A stretch of DNA of 64,000 bases from a bacterium (lineage in GTDB: Bacteria > Myxococcota_A > UBA9160 > UBA6930): positions 366 to 64,365 of the forward strand of contig JAAELW010000079.1 of NCBI GenBank assembly GCA_024226235.1, in the 5' to 3' direction. Below, piece after piece: positions 18,547 to 27,294 of this stretch (its first letter is position 1; every line of letters starts with the position of its first letter). A program made the position numbers and the translations under genes. The notes under the pieces were generated by a model. That model worked only from the letters and a program-made list of their open reading frames with translations. It was not told the DNA's origin and did not search any database.

Positions 18547-18888
18547 CTACCCGGAATGCGCACACAAGAAATAGCTCAGGGATCGGATGCGGCCTTCCTC
18601 CACGATGAAGAGATCGACCGCATGAATGCTCACTTCATCGGATAGATCGATGTAGACCTCAGCCGCTACGCGGGCGCCATCCGCCAGAAGAGGCCCAGCC
18701 GAGCGTGGGCTCGGACCGGCGCGCTCGATCGTATTTTCGTAGAACTCGCGAATCGCGTCCTTTCCCGTCCTGGTCGTGCCGAGGCCAACCAACGTCGCGT
18801 CGTCGTGAAACAGGTCCACGACCGCCTTGTCACCGGCGCGCATCCTCGAAAAATACTCGGCAACCACGCTCTTCGGATCGCTGGCCAT
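18547..18888 (-). CDS. SnoaL/NTF2-like (ketosteroid-isomerase-fold) small protein
   Basis: 113 aa. VVAEYFSRMRAGDKAVVDLFHDDATLV...GKDAIREFYE is typical of the NTF2-like fold. Confidence 0.7.
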   Translation of the reverse strand: MASDPKSVVAEYFSRMRAGDKAVVDLFHDDATLVGLGTTRTGKDAIREFYENTIERAGPSPRSAGPLLADGARVAAEVYIDLSDEVSIHAVDLFIVEEGRIRSLSYFLCAHSG

Positions 18889-18924
18889 CTTTGTTCCCCT
18901 TCTTGTGGCGAATTGCTCCAGCCG

Positions 18925-20598
18925 TCACGCCTCCTCGACGAAGGGATTGTGCGCTTCGCCGAGCAGAACGTGCTTCATCACCTTGCCGGTCGCATTGCGA
19001 GGGAGAGCCTCGTACCGGAACTCCCATTTCGAGGGCACCTTGAAGTAGGCCAGGGTCTCCGCCACCCATTCCGCGAGAGCATCCGGATCGGGAGACGCAC
19101 CGTCCTCCGGAACCACCACCGCTTTCACCTCCTGTCCGAGCTCGAGGTGATCCGATCCCACGATCGCCACCTCCCGCACGTCCGGATGAGCCTCCAATCG
19201 AAGCTCGATCTCCGCGGGGTACACGTTTTCTCCACCGCGCAGGATCAGATCGCGTTTGCGGGAGTTCAAATACAGATAGCCCTCCTCCAAGCGACCCCAG
19301 TCTCCGGTATCGAGCCAGCCGTCCGCGATCAGGGCCTCCGCAGTGGCCTCCGGCCGACGCCAATACTCCAGCATGACCATCGGGCCGCGGATGAAGACCC
19401 CTCCCTCATCTCCCTCCGGCACGGGCTTGCCCTGTTCGTCGCGAATTTCGATCTCCACGGTGGGAAGCGCCCTACCCACCGAGTAGGGGCGCGTCTTCAG
19501 CTCGTCACCAAATATCAGTGTCGCCAGCGCAGTGCACTCGGTAAGCCCGTAGCCCAGACCCAGGCTGTGGCTTGCTGCAGGAAACACTTCGCGGATGCGC
19601 TCCTGGAGTTCGGGGGACATGGGCGCGCCACCGGATCCAATGCCGCGAAGGCTGGAGAGATCGTGGTCTTCCACTTCTGGATGAAACGCCACGCGATGGG
19701 CCATGGTTCCCATCGGCCCCCAGTTCGTCACGCGCTCGCGTTCGATCGTTTCCATCACGCGCACCGGGTCGAAGCGTCCCGACATCCACACCGTGGTGGC
19801 ACCGCTCATCAGCATGGTGACCGCACCCGTATAGAGCCCCGAAGCGTGGAAGAGCGGCGTGTTGACCAGCACGACGGTGGGCAGTGGCAGGGTCGCCTGT
19901 GGCTCCGGAATTGGCGTCGACAAGGTGACCCGCAGGCCATGGAAGAACTGGAGCCCCGCGAGGGAGATGATGTTGCGGTGGCTATGAACCGCGCCCTTGG
20001 GCCTGCCGGTGGTGCCACTGGTGTAGATGATGACCGCCGGGTCGTCCTCGGCGATCGGCTGGTCGGGAAGCGGCGCGTCGGGATCGCGATTCCAGAGTGC
20101 TTCGAACTCCGACTCGATCTCCACGACCGGAAACGAGAGGGAAACTCCGCGGATCCGCTCGAGGCGGCGCCGATCGCCTATCAACAGCCGGGGATCGCAA
20201 TCCTCGAGACCGAAGAGGATCTCGTCGCGAGCCCACCAGCCGTTCAGTCCCACCGCCACCGCACCCAGACTGGTGGTGGCCCAGAAGGCAACGATCCATT
20301 CCGGGCAGTTGGCGGCCAGGATCGCGACCCGGTCACCGCGGCCAACGCCGTAATCCTCCGCCAGGGTCCTTGCCACGGAAGCCACGGCTCGAAAGTGCTC
20401 AGCGTAGGAGATACGTCGGTCCTCGTAGAGGAGGCACTCCTTGTCGCCGTGGATCACAGAAGCCTCCAGAACTGCACGCAGCGATGGCATGCGCTGTTCG
20501 AAGACACTCAGGGTACGACCGAGAACCTCCGCTCGGCCGACCTCGAAGGGGGCCCCTGGGCCCTGGAGCTGTGTCTCGATTTCTTCCAGGCTGGGCAT
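18925..20598 (-). CDS. Acyl-CoA synthetase (AMP-forming, class I adenylate-forming)
   Basis: IIYTSGTTGRPKGAV P-loop, GYGLTE, DGWLDTGD, and C-terminal NATGKVMK. Confidence 0.9.
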   Translation of the reverse strand: MPSLEEIETQLQGPGAPFEVGRAEVLGRTLSVFEQRMPSLRAVLEASVIHGDKECLLYEDRRISYAEHFRAVASVARTLAEDYGVGRGDRVAILAANCPEWIVAFWATTSLGAVAVGLNGWWARDEILFGLEDCDPRLLIGDRRRLERIRGVSLSFPVVEIESEFEALWNRDPDAPLPDQPIAEDDPAVIIYTSGTTGRPKGAVHSHRNIISLAGLQFFHGLRVTLSTPIPEPQATLPLPTVVLVNTPLFHASGLYTGAVTMLMSGATTVWMSGRFDPVRVMETIERERVTNWGPMGTMAHRVAFHPEVEDHDLSSLRGIGSGGAPMSPELQERIREVFPAASHSLGLGYGLTECTALATLIFGDELKTRPYSVGRALPTVEIEIRDEQGKPVPEGDEGGVFIRGPMVMLEYWRRPEATAEALIADGWLDTGDWGRLEEGYLYLNSRKRDLILRGGENVYPAEIELRLEAHPDVREVAIVGSDHLELGQEVKAVVVPEDGASPDPDALAEWVAETLAYFKVPSKWEFRYEALPRNATGKVMKHVLLGEAHNPFVEEA

Positions 20599-20657
20599 CG
20601 TGCTGTCCTTGTCCTCGGTATCCGGGCCAGGCCGCTCCGCCAGACCTCTCGCGGGAT

Positions 20658-21458
20658 CTATTCGCCCTTGAAATCGGGCTTTCGCTTCTCCTTGAAGGCG
20701 CGTGGTCCTTCGCGGGCGTCCTTGGTGGCGAAGACGGGGCCGCCGATCTCGATCTCCTTCGCGAGCGCATCGGTCTCGCTGTAGCTCTCGTCGATCTCGC
20801 GCAGCATCTTCATGAGCGCACGGATCGAAACGGGGCCGTTGTCGCAGATCACCTCGGCGATCTTCTTCGCTTCAGCCAGAGCCTGGCCCGCAGGCACGAT
20901 CCGCCCCACCAGGCCATAGGCCAGCGCCTCCTCTGCAGTCACATGTCGCGCCGTGAGCAGGATCTCGGCCGCCAGCGTGTAGGGAATCTGTCGACGCAAT
21001 CGCACGCTGGACCCGCCGAGGGGAAAGAGCCCGCGCTTGGCCTCGGTGACACCGAAAATCGCGCCCTCACCCGCTACACGAATGTCGGTGCCCTGGAGGA
21101 TCTCGGTCCCTCCCGCCACCGCGAAACCTTCCACGGCTGCGATGATGGGCTTCATCGGTCGGTTGGCCCGGAGGAGCGCCTGCCAGTGGAGATCGGGCAC
21201 CTCGGCCATCAGCTCGTCGAGTTCTTCATCCCGTTCACCGCCTCCCCCCATGGCCTTGAGGTCAGCTCCTGCACAGAAGACATCGCCACGACCGGTGAGA
21301 ATCGCGACACGCAGGTCGGGGTCCTCGTCGAGCATTCGCCAGGCGCGGTACATGCCCGCCAGCATTCCGCCGCTCAGGGCATTCTTCGCCTCGGGACGGT
21401 TGAGGGTGACGACAAGCGTGTGGCCTTCGCGCTCGAGCAGACAATGGTCGGTGTTCAC
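20658..21458 (-). CDS. Enoyl-CoA hydratase/isomerase (crotonase) family
   Basis: LNRPEAKNAL, FCAGADL, AGGTEILQGTDIRVA, EGPRAFKEKRKP. Clear paralogue of 32817-33620. Confidence 0.9.
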   Translation of the reverse strand: MNTDHCLLEREGHTLVVTLNRPEAKNALSGGMLAGMYRAWRMLDEDPDLRVAILTGRGDVFCAGADLKAMGGGGERDEELDELMAEVPDLHWQALLRANRPMKPIIAAVEGFAVAGGTEILQGTDIRVAGEGAIFGVTEAKRGLFPLGGSSVRLRRQIPYTLAAEILLTARHVTAEEALAYGLVGRIVPAGQALAEAKKIAEVICDNGPVSIRALMKMLREIDESYSETDALAKEIEIGGPVFATKDAREGPRAFKEKRKPDFKGE

Positions 21459-21497
21459 GGGGGCTCCTGAAAATCCTGGGGATCTGTACTGTGCTGC

Positions 21498-22661
21498 CTA
21501 CTCCGGCAACCCGAGGATGGTGACGGCGCAGACCGAGCCGGGGCCGCCCAGGTTGTGGGCCATTCCGAGGCGCGCGTTCTCCACCTGGGCCCCGTCGGCG
21601 CGGCCCTGGAGTTGTTTGGTGATCTCGCAGAGCATCCGACAACCCGTGGCTCCGATCGGATGCCCGAAGCACTTGAGACCACCACTGGCGTTGATCGCAA
21701 CCTTGCCGCCAACGTCCGCGTAACCCTCACGCACGAACTTCGCTGCCTCACCTCGCTCGCAGAATCCGAGATCCTGGATGTTCAGGAGTTCCGTGATGGT
21801 GAAGCAGTCGTGCACTTCGGCCAGATCGATCTCCTCAGCGGGGTTCTTGATCCCCGCCTCCGCATACGCCTGTCTCGCCGCATTCTCGGTGGCTGGGAAG
21901 CCCAGCCAGTCGTAGGCTTCCCGATACATCGGCAGGAAGACGTCCATGCTCAGCACGCTTGCCTTGGTCAGCGCATGATCATGCTTGTGCTTGCTCTTCT
22001 TGGCGATCTCGGGCCGGGTGATCACGACTGCGGCGGCCCCATCGGACATCGCGCAGGCATCGAAACGGCCCAGCGGCCAGGCGATCATCGGCGCGTTGAG
22101 TGCCGTCTCCAGGGTGATCTCCCGCTGGAAGTGGGCCTTGGAATGCTGGGCTCCGTTCTTGTGGTTCTTGACCGCCACTCGGGCGAGATCCTCCCGATCC
22201 CAGCCGTGCTCGTGAAAGGACCGCGTGGCTGCCAGCGCGAACATGCCCGGAGCACTGGAGCCGCGAAACACCGGATGCCCCATGTCCACGGGCAGACCGG
22301 ATCCACCGACGTCCATCAGCTTCTCCACTCCGCAGGCCAGCACCACATCATAGGCTCCGGAAGCGACCGCAAAGCAGGCGTTGCGGAAGGCGTCCATGCC
22401 CGAGGCACAGAAGTTCTCCACGCGCGTGGTCGGCCTTCCAAATAGCTTGAGGGGCTCGGCAGCAACACTGCCACTCAGGCCGGTGAAGTCATAGAGGTTG
22501 CCCACCCAGGTCGCTTCGATGTCATCCGGGGTGATCCCGGCATCGTCCATCGCCTCATACGCGGCCTCCACGATGAGATCTTCGGCGTCCTTCTCCCATT
22601 GCTCACCGAATTTCGTGCAACCAACGCCGATGATGGCTGTCTTGTCCTTCATGCTTCCCAT
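21498..22661 (-). CDS. SCPx/archaeal-type thiolase with intact catalytic residues
   Basis: Nucleophile block VENFCASGMDAF and C-terminal NASGGLKCFGHPIGATG are both present. Confidence 0.85.
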   Translation of the reverse strand: MGSMKDKTAIIGVGCTKFGEQWEKDAEDLIVEAAYEAMDDAGITPDDIEATWVGNLYDFTGLSGSVAAEPLKLFGRPTTRVENFCASGMDAFRNACFAVASGAYDVVLACGVEKLMDVGGSGLPVDMGHPVFRGSSAPGMFALAATRSFHEHGWDREDLARVAVKNHKNGAQHSKAHFQREITLETALNAPMIAWPLGRFDACAMSDGAAAVVITRPEIAKKSKHKHDHALTKASVLSMDVFLPMYREAYDWLGFPATENAARQAYAEAGIKNPAEEIDLAEVHDCFTITELLNIQDLGFCERGEAAKFVREGYADVGGKVAINASGGLKCFGHPIGATGCRMLCEITKQLQGRADGAQVENARLGMAHNLGGPGSVCAVTILGLPE

Positions 22662-22705
22662 GGGATTCCCCTCTCACTTCTTCGCGTTGTCCGTATCGCT
22701 CGCTG

Positions 22706-24121
22706 CTAGGAAGCCGCCTGCGGTACGGGCCGGCATTTCCAGTAGTAGTTGTGAAAGCTCGATGCCTCGTGCAATCGGCGGAAGACCACCTCTGCGGACA
22801 TGCCGATCTCGACCTCTTCCGGGTCACCGTCGGTCATCGAGAGGAAGAGGCGGCCTCCTCCCTCCAGATCCAGCACCAGGCGGGGAACGGGCACGTTCAC
22901 GTACTTGCCATCCTCGAGGTGATCGAGTGTGAAGGTGAAGACCGTGCCGGTCTTGGCCAGCTTGATCTCCTCGATCTCGTCCTTGGTCCCACACTCGCCG
23001 CACACGCGGGGAATCGGGTACAGCACAGCACCGCAACTAGTGCAGCGACCCGCGTGGAAGTTCAGCACCACCTTGATGTCCCGCCAGTAGGTAACGGCTG
23101 AACCACGTGGGTCGACGTCGGTAACCTTCATGAGCTTGCGGAAGCGGGCGTACGAAGTGTAGTTGGGCAGGTTCCTCTTCTGGAGGAGATGTCCGGTCAG
23201 TCCCTTCCGGCCAATGACGGGGGCGAAGTCATCGTCGAGGTCCACCAGGAAGGCATCAGCGCCGTCACCATGGTTCACCACCAGCAGCTTGTCGCCGGCC
23301 TTGGCCTGTTCCAGGGCCCCGGCGAGCATCATCAGTACCAGCGGAGATCCCGGATTGCCCACCGACATGAAGAGCATGTCCTGAAGCTTCGCAGCGTCCA
23401 GACCCAGACTTCGGGCTACCTTCCCCTGGCTTCCCGGATCGCCGGCCGTGATGATTGCGTTGGCGAGATCACCGGGAGCCAGATTCTCGTGGTCGAGAAG
23501 CGCTTTCCCCGCCTCGACGGCGCTCTTCAGATATCCGTATTTGGTCTCCACCTTGGGCTCGAAGGAGCGGATGTAGCGGTCTTCGCTGCGTCGCCAGAAC
23601 CCAAGCTGTTCGCCCGAGGTAGACTCGAAACCGCGCAGCGTTGCAGGCCCTCGTTTGGAGATCAGGATCGCACCGGCCCCATCCCCGAGTAGCTGTTCCC
23701 ACATCGATTCCGGTTCACCGAGACGGCAGTCCGCCGCGACCACCAGGATGCTCCCGGCCGAGCCGGAATCGACAGCATCGACCGCCGCGCGCAAAGCCGT
23801 ACTCGCCGCACGCAGTGAGCCGGTGAAGTCAGCGGTATTGATGTCCCTGCCCATGTCGAGGGCGGCGGCGATCACGCCCGCGCACTGTTTCTCGTCGTAG
23901 GGAGAAGTCGTAGTGGCAAAGTACAGGCCATCGATGGTCGTCGGGTCCAGACCCGTCAGGCAATCCGCACCCGCTGCCACCGCCATCGTGAGACTGTCCT
24001 CGTCGGCATTCGCAACGGACCGCTCGCCGGGAACTGCCGGAACTCCCCACGCACTCGCCATCTCCTGCCTGGAAAGCCTGAACAGGGGGATGTACGCACC
24101 GAATGATGCAATCTTGGCCAT
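22706..24121 (-). CDS. HMG-CoA-synthase-like (thiolase-fold) domain fused to a C-terminal DUF35 zinc-ribbon/OB-fold domain
   Basis: The N-terminus MAKIASFGAYIPLFRLSRQEM..DEDSLTMAV resembles archaeal HMGCS. The C-terminus has CTSCGAVLYPIPRVCGECG followed by an OB-like segment. ATG at 24121; the track start 24274 adds 51 implausible residues. Confidence 0.75.
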   Translation of the reverse strand: MAKIASFGAYIPLFRLSRQEMASAWGVPAVPGERSVANADEDSLTMAVAAGADCLTGLDPTTIDGLYFATTTSPYDEKQCAGVIAAALDMGRDINTADFTGSLRAASTALRAAVDAVDSGSAGSILVVAADCRLGEPESMWEQLLGDGAGAILISKRGPATLRGFESTSGEQLGFWRRSEDRYIRSFEPKVETKYGYLKSAVEAGKALLDHENLAPGDLANAIITAGDPGSQGKVARSLGLDAAKLQDMLFMSVGNPGSPLVLMMLAGALEQAKAGDKLLVVNHGDGADAFLVDLDDDFAPVIGRKGLTGHLLQKRNLPNYTSYARFRKLMKVTDVDPRGSAVTYWRDIKVVLNFHAGRCTSCGAVLYPIPRVCGECGTKDEIEEIKLAKTGTVFTFTLDHLEDGKYVNVPVPRLVLDLEGGGRLFLSMTDGDPEEVEIGMSAEVVFRRLHEASSFHNYYWKCRPVPQAAS

Positions 24122-24254
24122 GGTTTCTTCCTCTTCGAGTAATCGGCGATCGGTCCGTTCTCGTTCGTCCGAGGCAACGTGGAAACGGGACTGTATACGA
24201 TTCTGCCACGGATCCATCGGAGTGTGATCACCCGCTCCATCCGTTTCGAATTCG

Positions 24255-24296
24255 GGAAATGAGGGCCACTTCATTTCCTTGGGGGCAGGGGGGGGG
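24255..24296. repeat. 8-bp-stem hairpin followed by a G5-CA-G9 tract abutting the stop codon of the upstream ligase gene
   Basis: GGAAATGA (24255-62) pairs with TCATTTCC (24271-78). Then tt ggggg ca ggggggggg (24281-24296). The ligase stop (cta on +) is at 24298-24300. Confidence 0.85.
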
Positions 24297-24297
24297 C

Positions 24298-25917
24298 CTA
24301 GCCGGAGATTCCGAGCCGCTCCATCGCTTCCTCTCGCGTGCGCTTGAAATCGGCCTTGCCCGAGGGTGATCGGTAGACTTCAGCTACCCGCACCACGTGC
24401 TTGGGCGCCTTGAAACCGGCCAGGGATGCCTTCACGTGCTCGATGATCGCCGCGCTGTCCAACTCGCCTCCGTGGCTGGAGACGACGGCGGTGATGGCCT
24501 CGCCCCAGCGATCGTCGGGAACACCGACCACCACCGCGTCCTTCACACCGTCGAAACGCTTGACTACCTCTTCCACTTCTTCGGGGAAGACCTTCTCTCC
24601 CCCTGTATTGATGCATACCGAGCCGCGGCCGAGCAGACTGAGAGTGACCCCGTCCTCGTCGACCTCGGCCCAATCGCCGGGAACCGAAAAGCGGCCGGCC
24701 TCGCATTCGACAAAGGTCGCGGCAGTCTTCTCCGGGTCCTTGTAGTAGCCGAGGGGCTGGATGCCACCGACGCCGACCAGCCCGCGCGCCCCGGGTTCAC
24801 TCTCGATGAGTTCGAGGTTCTCGGTGAAGAGCCTCGTGGAGTCCGACAGCTGGAACTTTCCCGTCTGCACCGAGCCCGCCGCGGTGGTGAAGCTGATGCC
24901 AAGGCCGACGGCCTCCGAGGACCCGAATGCATCGGCCAGCACCAGGCCCGAGTGGTGGGCCAACAAACGCTGCTTCGTCTCCTCGCTCCACATCACTCCG
25001 GACGATGCGATCATGAACACGCTGCTGATGTCGTACGCGTCGGGATGCTCCTCGAGTTCCTTGGCCATGGGCTTGGCAAAGGGATCACCCACGATGGTGA
25101 TGGAGTTGATCTTCTCCGCACCCACGGTGCGCCACAGCTCAGCCGGATCGAACTTCCTGGGGTTCCCGAGGACGACCACGACGCCTCCACTGAACCAGGC
25201 AATCATCGCCTGAAACCAGCCCGTACCGTGCATCAGCGGCGGGCCGATCAGCGAGCGGTAGCGGACGGGCGGATTTTCCACGTAAGCGCGGTAGGCCTCT
25301 TCGGTCTCAGGAGTGGGGCCCGCACCGCCGCCGCCAAAGCGGGTAAAGATGTCGGCCTGACGCCACATCACTCCCTTGGGCAACCCGGTGGTGCCACCGG
25401 TGTAGAGGAGCATCAGATCGTCCGAACCATGTCTGGCCTCGACCGCGGGGCGATCGGTTTCAGCGGTGGCTTCGTAAGGTGCGGCACCGGCAATCGAGGC
25501 GATGTCATAGTCTCCGGCCTCTTCGACTACGAGCACACCCACGACCCGGGGCAGGTCGGGCAGCACCTTCTCGAGTAACGGGGCGAATTCCTCGTGCACC
25601 ACCACGATCTCGGCATCCGAGTTGTCGAGCAGGTAACGCAGCTCGTCTGCCTGGTAGCGATAGTTGACGTTGACGGGGACCAACGAGGACTTGAACGCCG
25701 CGTAGATGGACTCCATGTAGGCCGGATGGTTGTAGGTATAGACGGCGACCTTGCCCTGGCGTGTCGCACCGCACCCGGTCATCCACGCCGAGATGTTTCG
25801 GGCTCGACGTTCGACCTGGCTCCAGGTCATGCGTCGATCGCCCTGGATCAAGCTCTCTTCGTCAGCGCGGATTTCGGCGACGATGTCGAGAGCTTGGGCG
25901 AGGTTGCCGATGACCAT
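24298..25917 (-). CDS. Acyl-CoA synthetase (FadD-like, medium/long or polycyclic acyl substrate type)
   Basis: LLYTGGTTGLPKGVMW P-loop and C-terminal SPSGKADF. Paralogue of 28660-30297. Confidence 0.9.
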   Translation of the reverse strand: MVIGNLAQALDIVAEIRADEESLIQGDRRMTWSQVERRARNISAWMTGCGATRQGKVAVYTYNHPAYMESIYAAFKSSLVPVNVNYRYQADELRYLLDNSDAEIVVVHEEFAPLLEKVLPDLPRVVGVLVVEEAGDYDIASIAGAAPYEATAETDRPAVEARHGSDDLMLLYTGGTTGLPKGVMWRQADIFTRFGGGGAGPTPETEEAYRAYVENPPVRYRSLIGPPLMHGTGWFQAMIAWFSGGVVVVLGNPRKFDPAELWRTVGAEKINSITIVGDPFAKPMAKELEEHPDAYDISSVFMIASSGVMWSEETKQRLLAHHSGLVLADAFGSSEAVGLGISFTTAAGSVQTGKFQLSDSTRLFTENLELIESEPGARGLVGVGGIQPLGYYKDPEKTAATFVECEAGRFSVPGDWAEVDEDGVTLSLLGRGSVCINTGGEKVFPEEVEEVVKRFDGVKDAVVVGVPDDRWGEAITAVVSSHGGELDSAAIIEHVKASLAGFKAPKHVVRVAEVYRSPSGKADFKRTREEAMERLGISG

Positions 25918-25953
25918 TGCGAACTCCTTCTCTGCTGCGATCTGCCCTTGTGT

Positions 25954-27078
25954 TCATTCCTCGAGCAGCGTTGTCATTCGTTCCACGGTGTCGAAGAGTT
26001 CATCGATCACATCGGAGACCACCTTCCGAGCCGATCGCACCTGATTCATGCTGCCCACGACCTGGCCTGCAATCGTGACCGTCAGCTCCGCCGCAGTGGC
26101 ATTGCCCGCCAGTGCCGCTCTGAACGCGCGCTGCGTCGCGTCCGAGGTGGCCAGAAGCTGCAGCGGCATGGGCAACGTTCCAGGTGAGTTCGGCCCCTCC
26201 CACTCTTCGGTCCAGCCGCTGCGCAGCATACGTGCCGGCTTGCCGGTAATGCTGCGTGAGCGGACCGTGTCGCTCGAACTGGCCGCAAGCAGCCGATCGG
26301 TCACGAGAGGCTCCGCGTCGCTCTCTTTCGTCGTGAGCCAGATCGAGCCCATCCACACTCCCTGCGCACCGAGAGCCATCGCCGCCGCCATCTGGCGCCC
26401 GGAGCCGATCCCGCCGGCCGCGAGAACCGGCAGGGGCGCCACCGCATCGACCACCTCCGGCACCAACACCATCGTCGAAACCTCCCCCGTGTGGCCACCC
26501 GCCTCGGTCCCGGCGGCCACGATGATGTCGACACCCGCGGCCTTCTGATTCTTGGCCTGATCCGCGCGCCCTACCAGTGCTGCCACCTGCACCCCCGCTG
26601 CGTGCGCGCGCGCGATCACATCGGCCGGCGGCGGACCGAGAGCATTCGCGAGCAGCTTGATCGGATGGCTCATCGCGACGTCGACCAGCGCCCGGCCCAT
26701 GTTGTCCGACCAGCCGAGCAGGCTCTCGAAATGCGGCGCATCCTCGGATAGCGGGGGAACATCGTACCGGGCGAGCAACTCCTCCAGGAATCGCTTGTGC
26801 TCGTCGGGGATCAGCTTTTCGAGATCCAGCTTCTCGAGGCCACCCTGCTCCTTGCCCACGTAGGCGGCGGGGATCACGACATCGACTCCGTAGGGCTTCC
26901 CATTGACGTTCTCGTCGATCCACGTCAGTTCGCGCTCGAGCTCGTCGGGCGTGAAGACCAGCGCGCCGAGCACACCCATGCCCCCCGCATTCGTCACCGC
27001 GGCCACCACATCGCGACAGTGGCTGAAGGCGAAGATCGGATACTCGATTCCGAGCGATTCGCAGATGGAGACGCGCAT
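25954..27078 (-). CDS. Nitronate monooxygenase / FabK-like FMN oxidoreductase (NMO family)
   Basis: LGIEYPIFAFSHCRDVVAAVTNAGGMGVLG opening and a later AAGGIGSGRQMAAAMALGAQGVWMGS. ATG at 27078 (MRVSICE) with GGAG upstream. Confidence 0.8.
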   Translation of the reverse strand: MRVSICESLGIEYPIFAFSHCRDVVAAVTNAGGMGVLGALVFTPDELERELTWIDENVNGKPYGVDVVIPAAYVGKEQGGLEKLDLEKLIPDEHKRFLEELLARYDVPPLSEDAPHFESLLGWSDNMGRALVDVAMSHPIKLLANALGPPPADVIARAHAAGVQVAALVGRADQAKNQKAAGVDIIVAAGTEAGGHTGEVSTMVLVPEVVDAVAPLPVLAAGGIGSGRQMAAAMALGAQGVWMGSIWLTTKESDAEPLVTDRLLAASSSDTVRSRSITGKPARMLRSGWTEEWEGPNSPGTLPMPLQLLATSDATQRAFRAALAGNATAAELTVTIAGQVVGSMNQVRSARKVVSDVIDELFDTVERMTTLLEE

Positions 27079-27294
27079 TTTGGATGCTCCAATTCCAGGG
27101 CTTGATGGGATTCCGGCGTTGCCTGGATTCTTCTGTGGCATTCGACTCGAGTCAAGGAGGGTGGCCAGAGCCTTCTCTGCGGTGTCATCGAGAAGGAGGT
27201 AACGTGTGGCCACAAAAGGGCGTCATGGCGAGCGGCGCCGGGTCCGTTCCCATGGCTCTCAATCAGCCCTGAACAGACTCGAAAGGCCGTCGGT

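Noticed and set aside
18805-21470. Long + strand ORFs (659 aa and 457 aa) over the ligase/crotonase genes
   Set aside because: They are antisense to genes with clear AMP-binding and crotonase motifs. Their composition is dominated by R, G, P and H.
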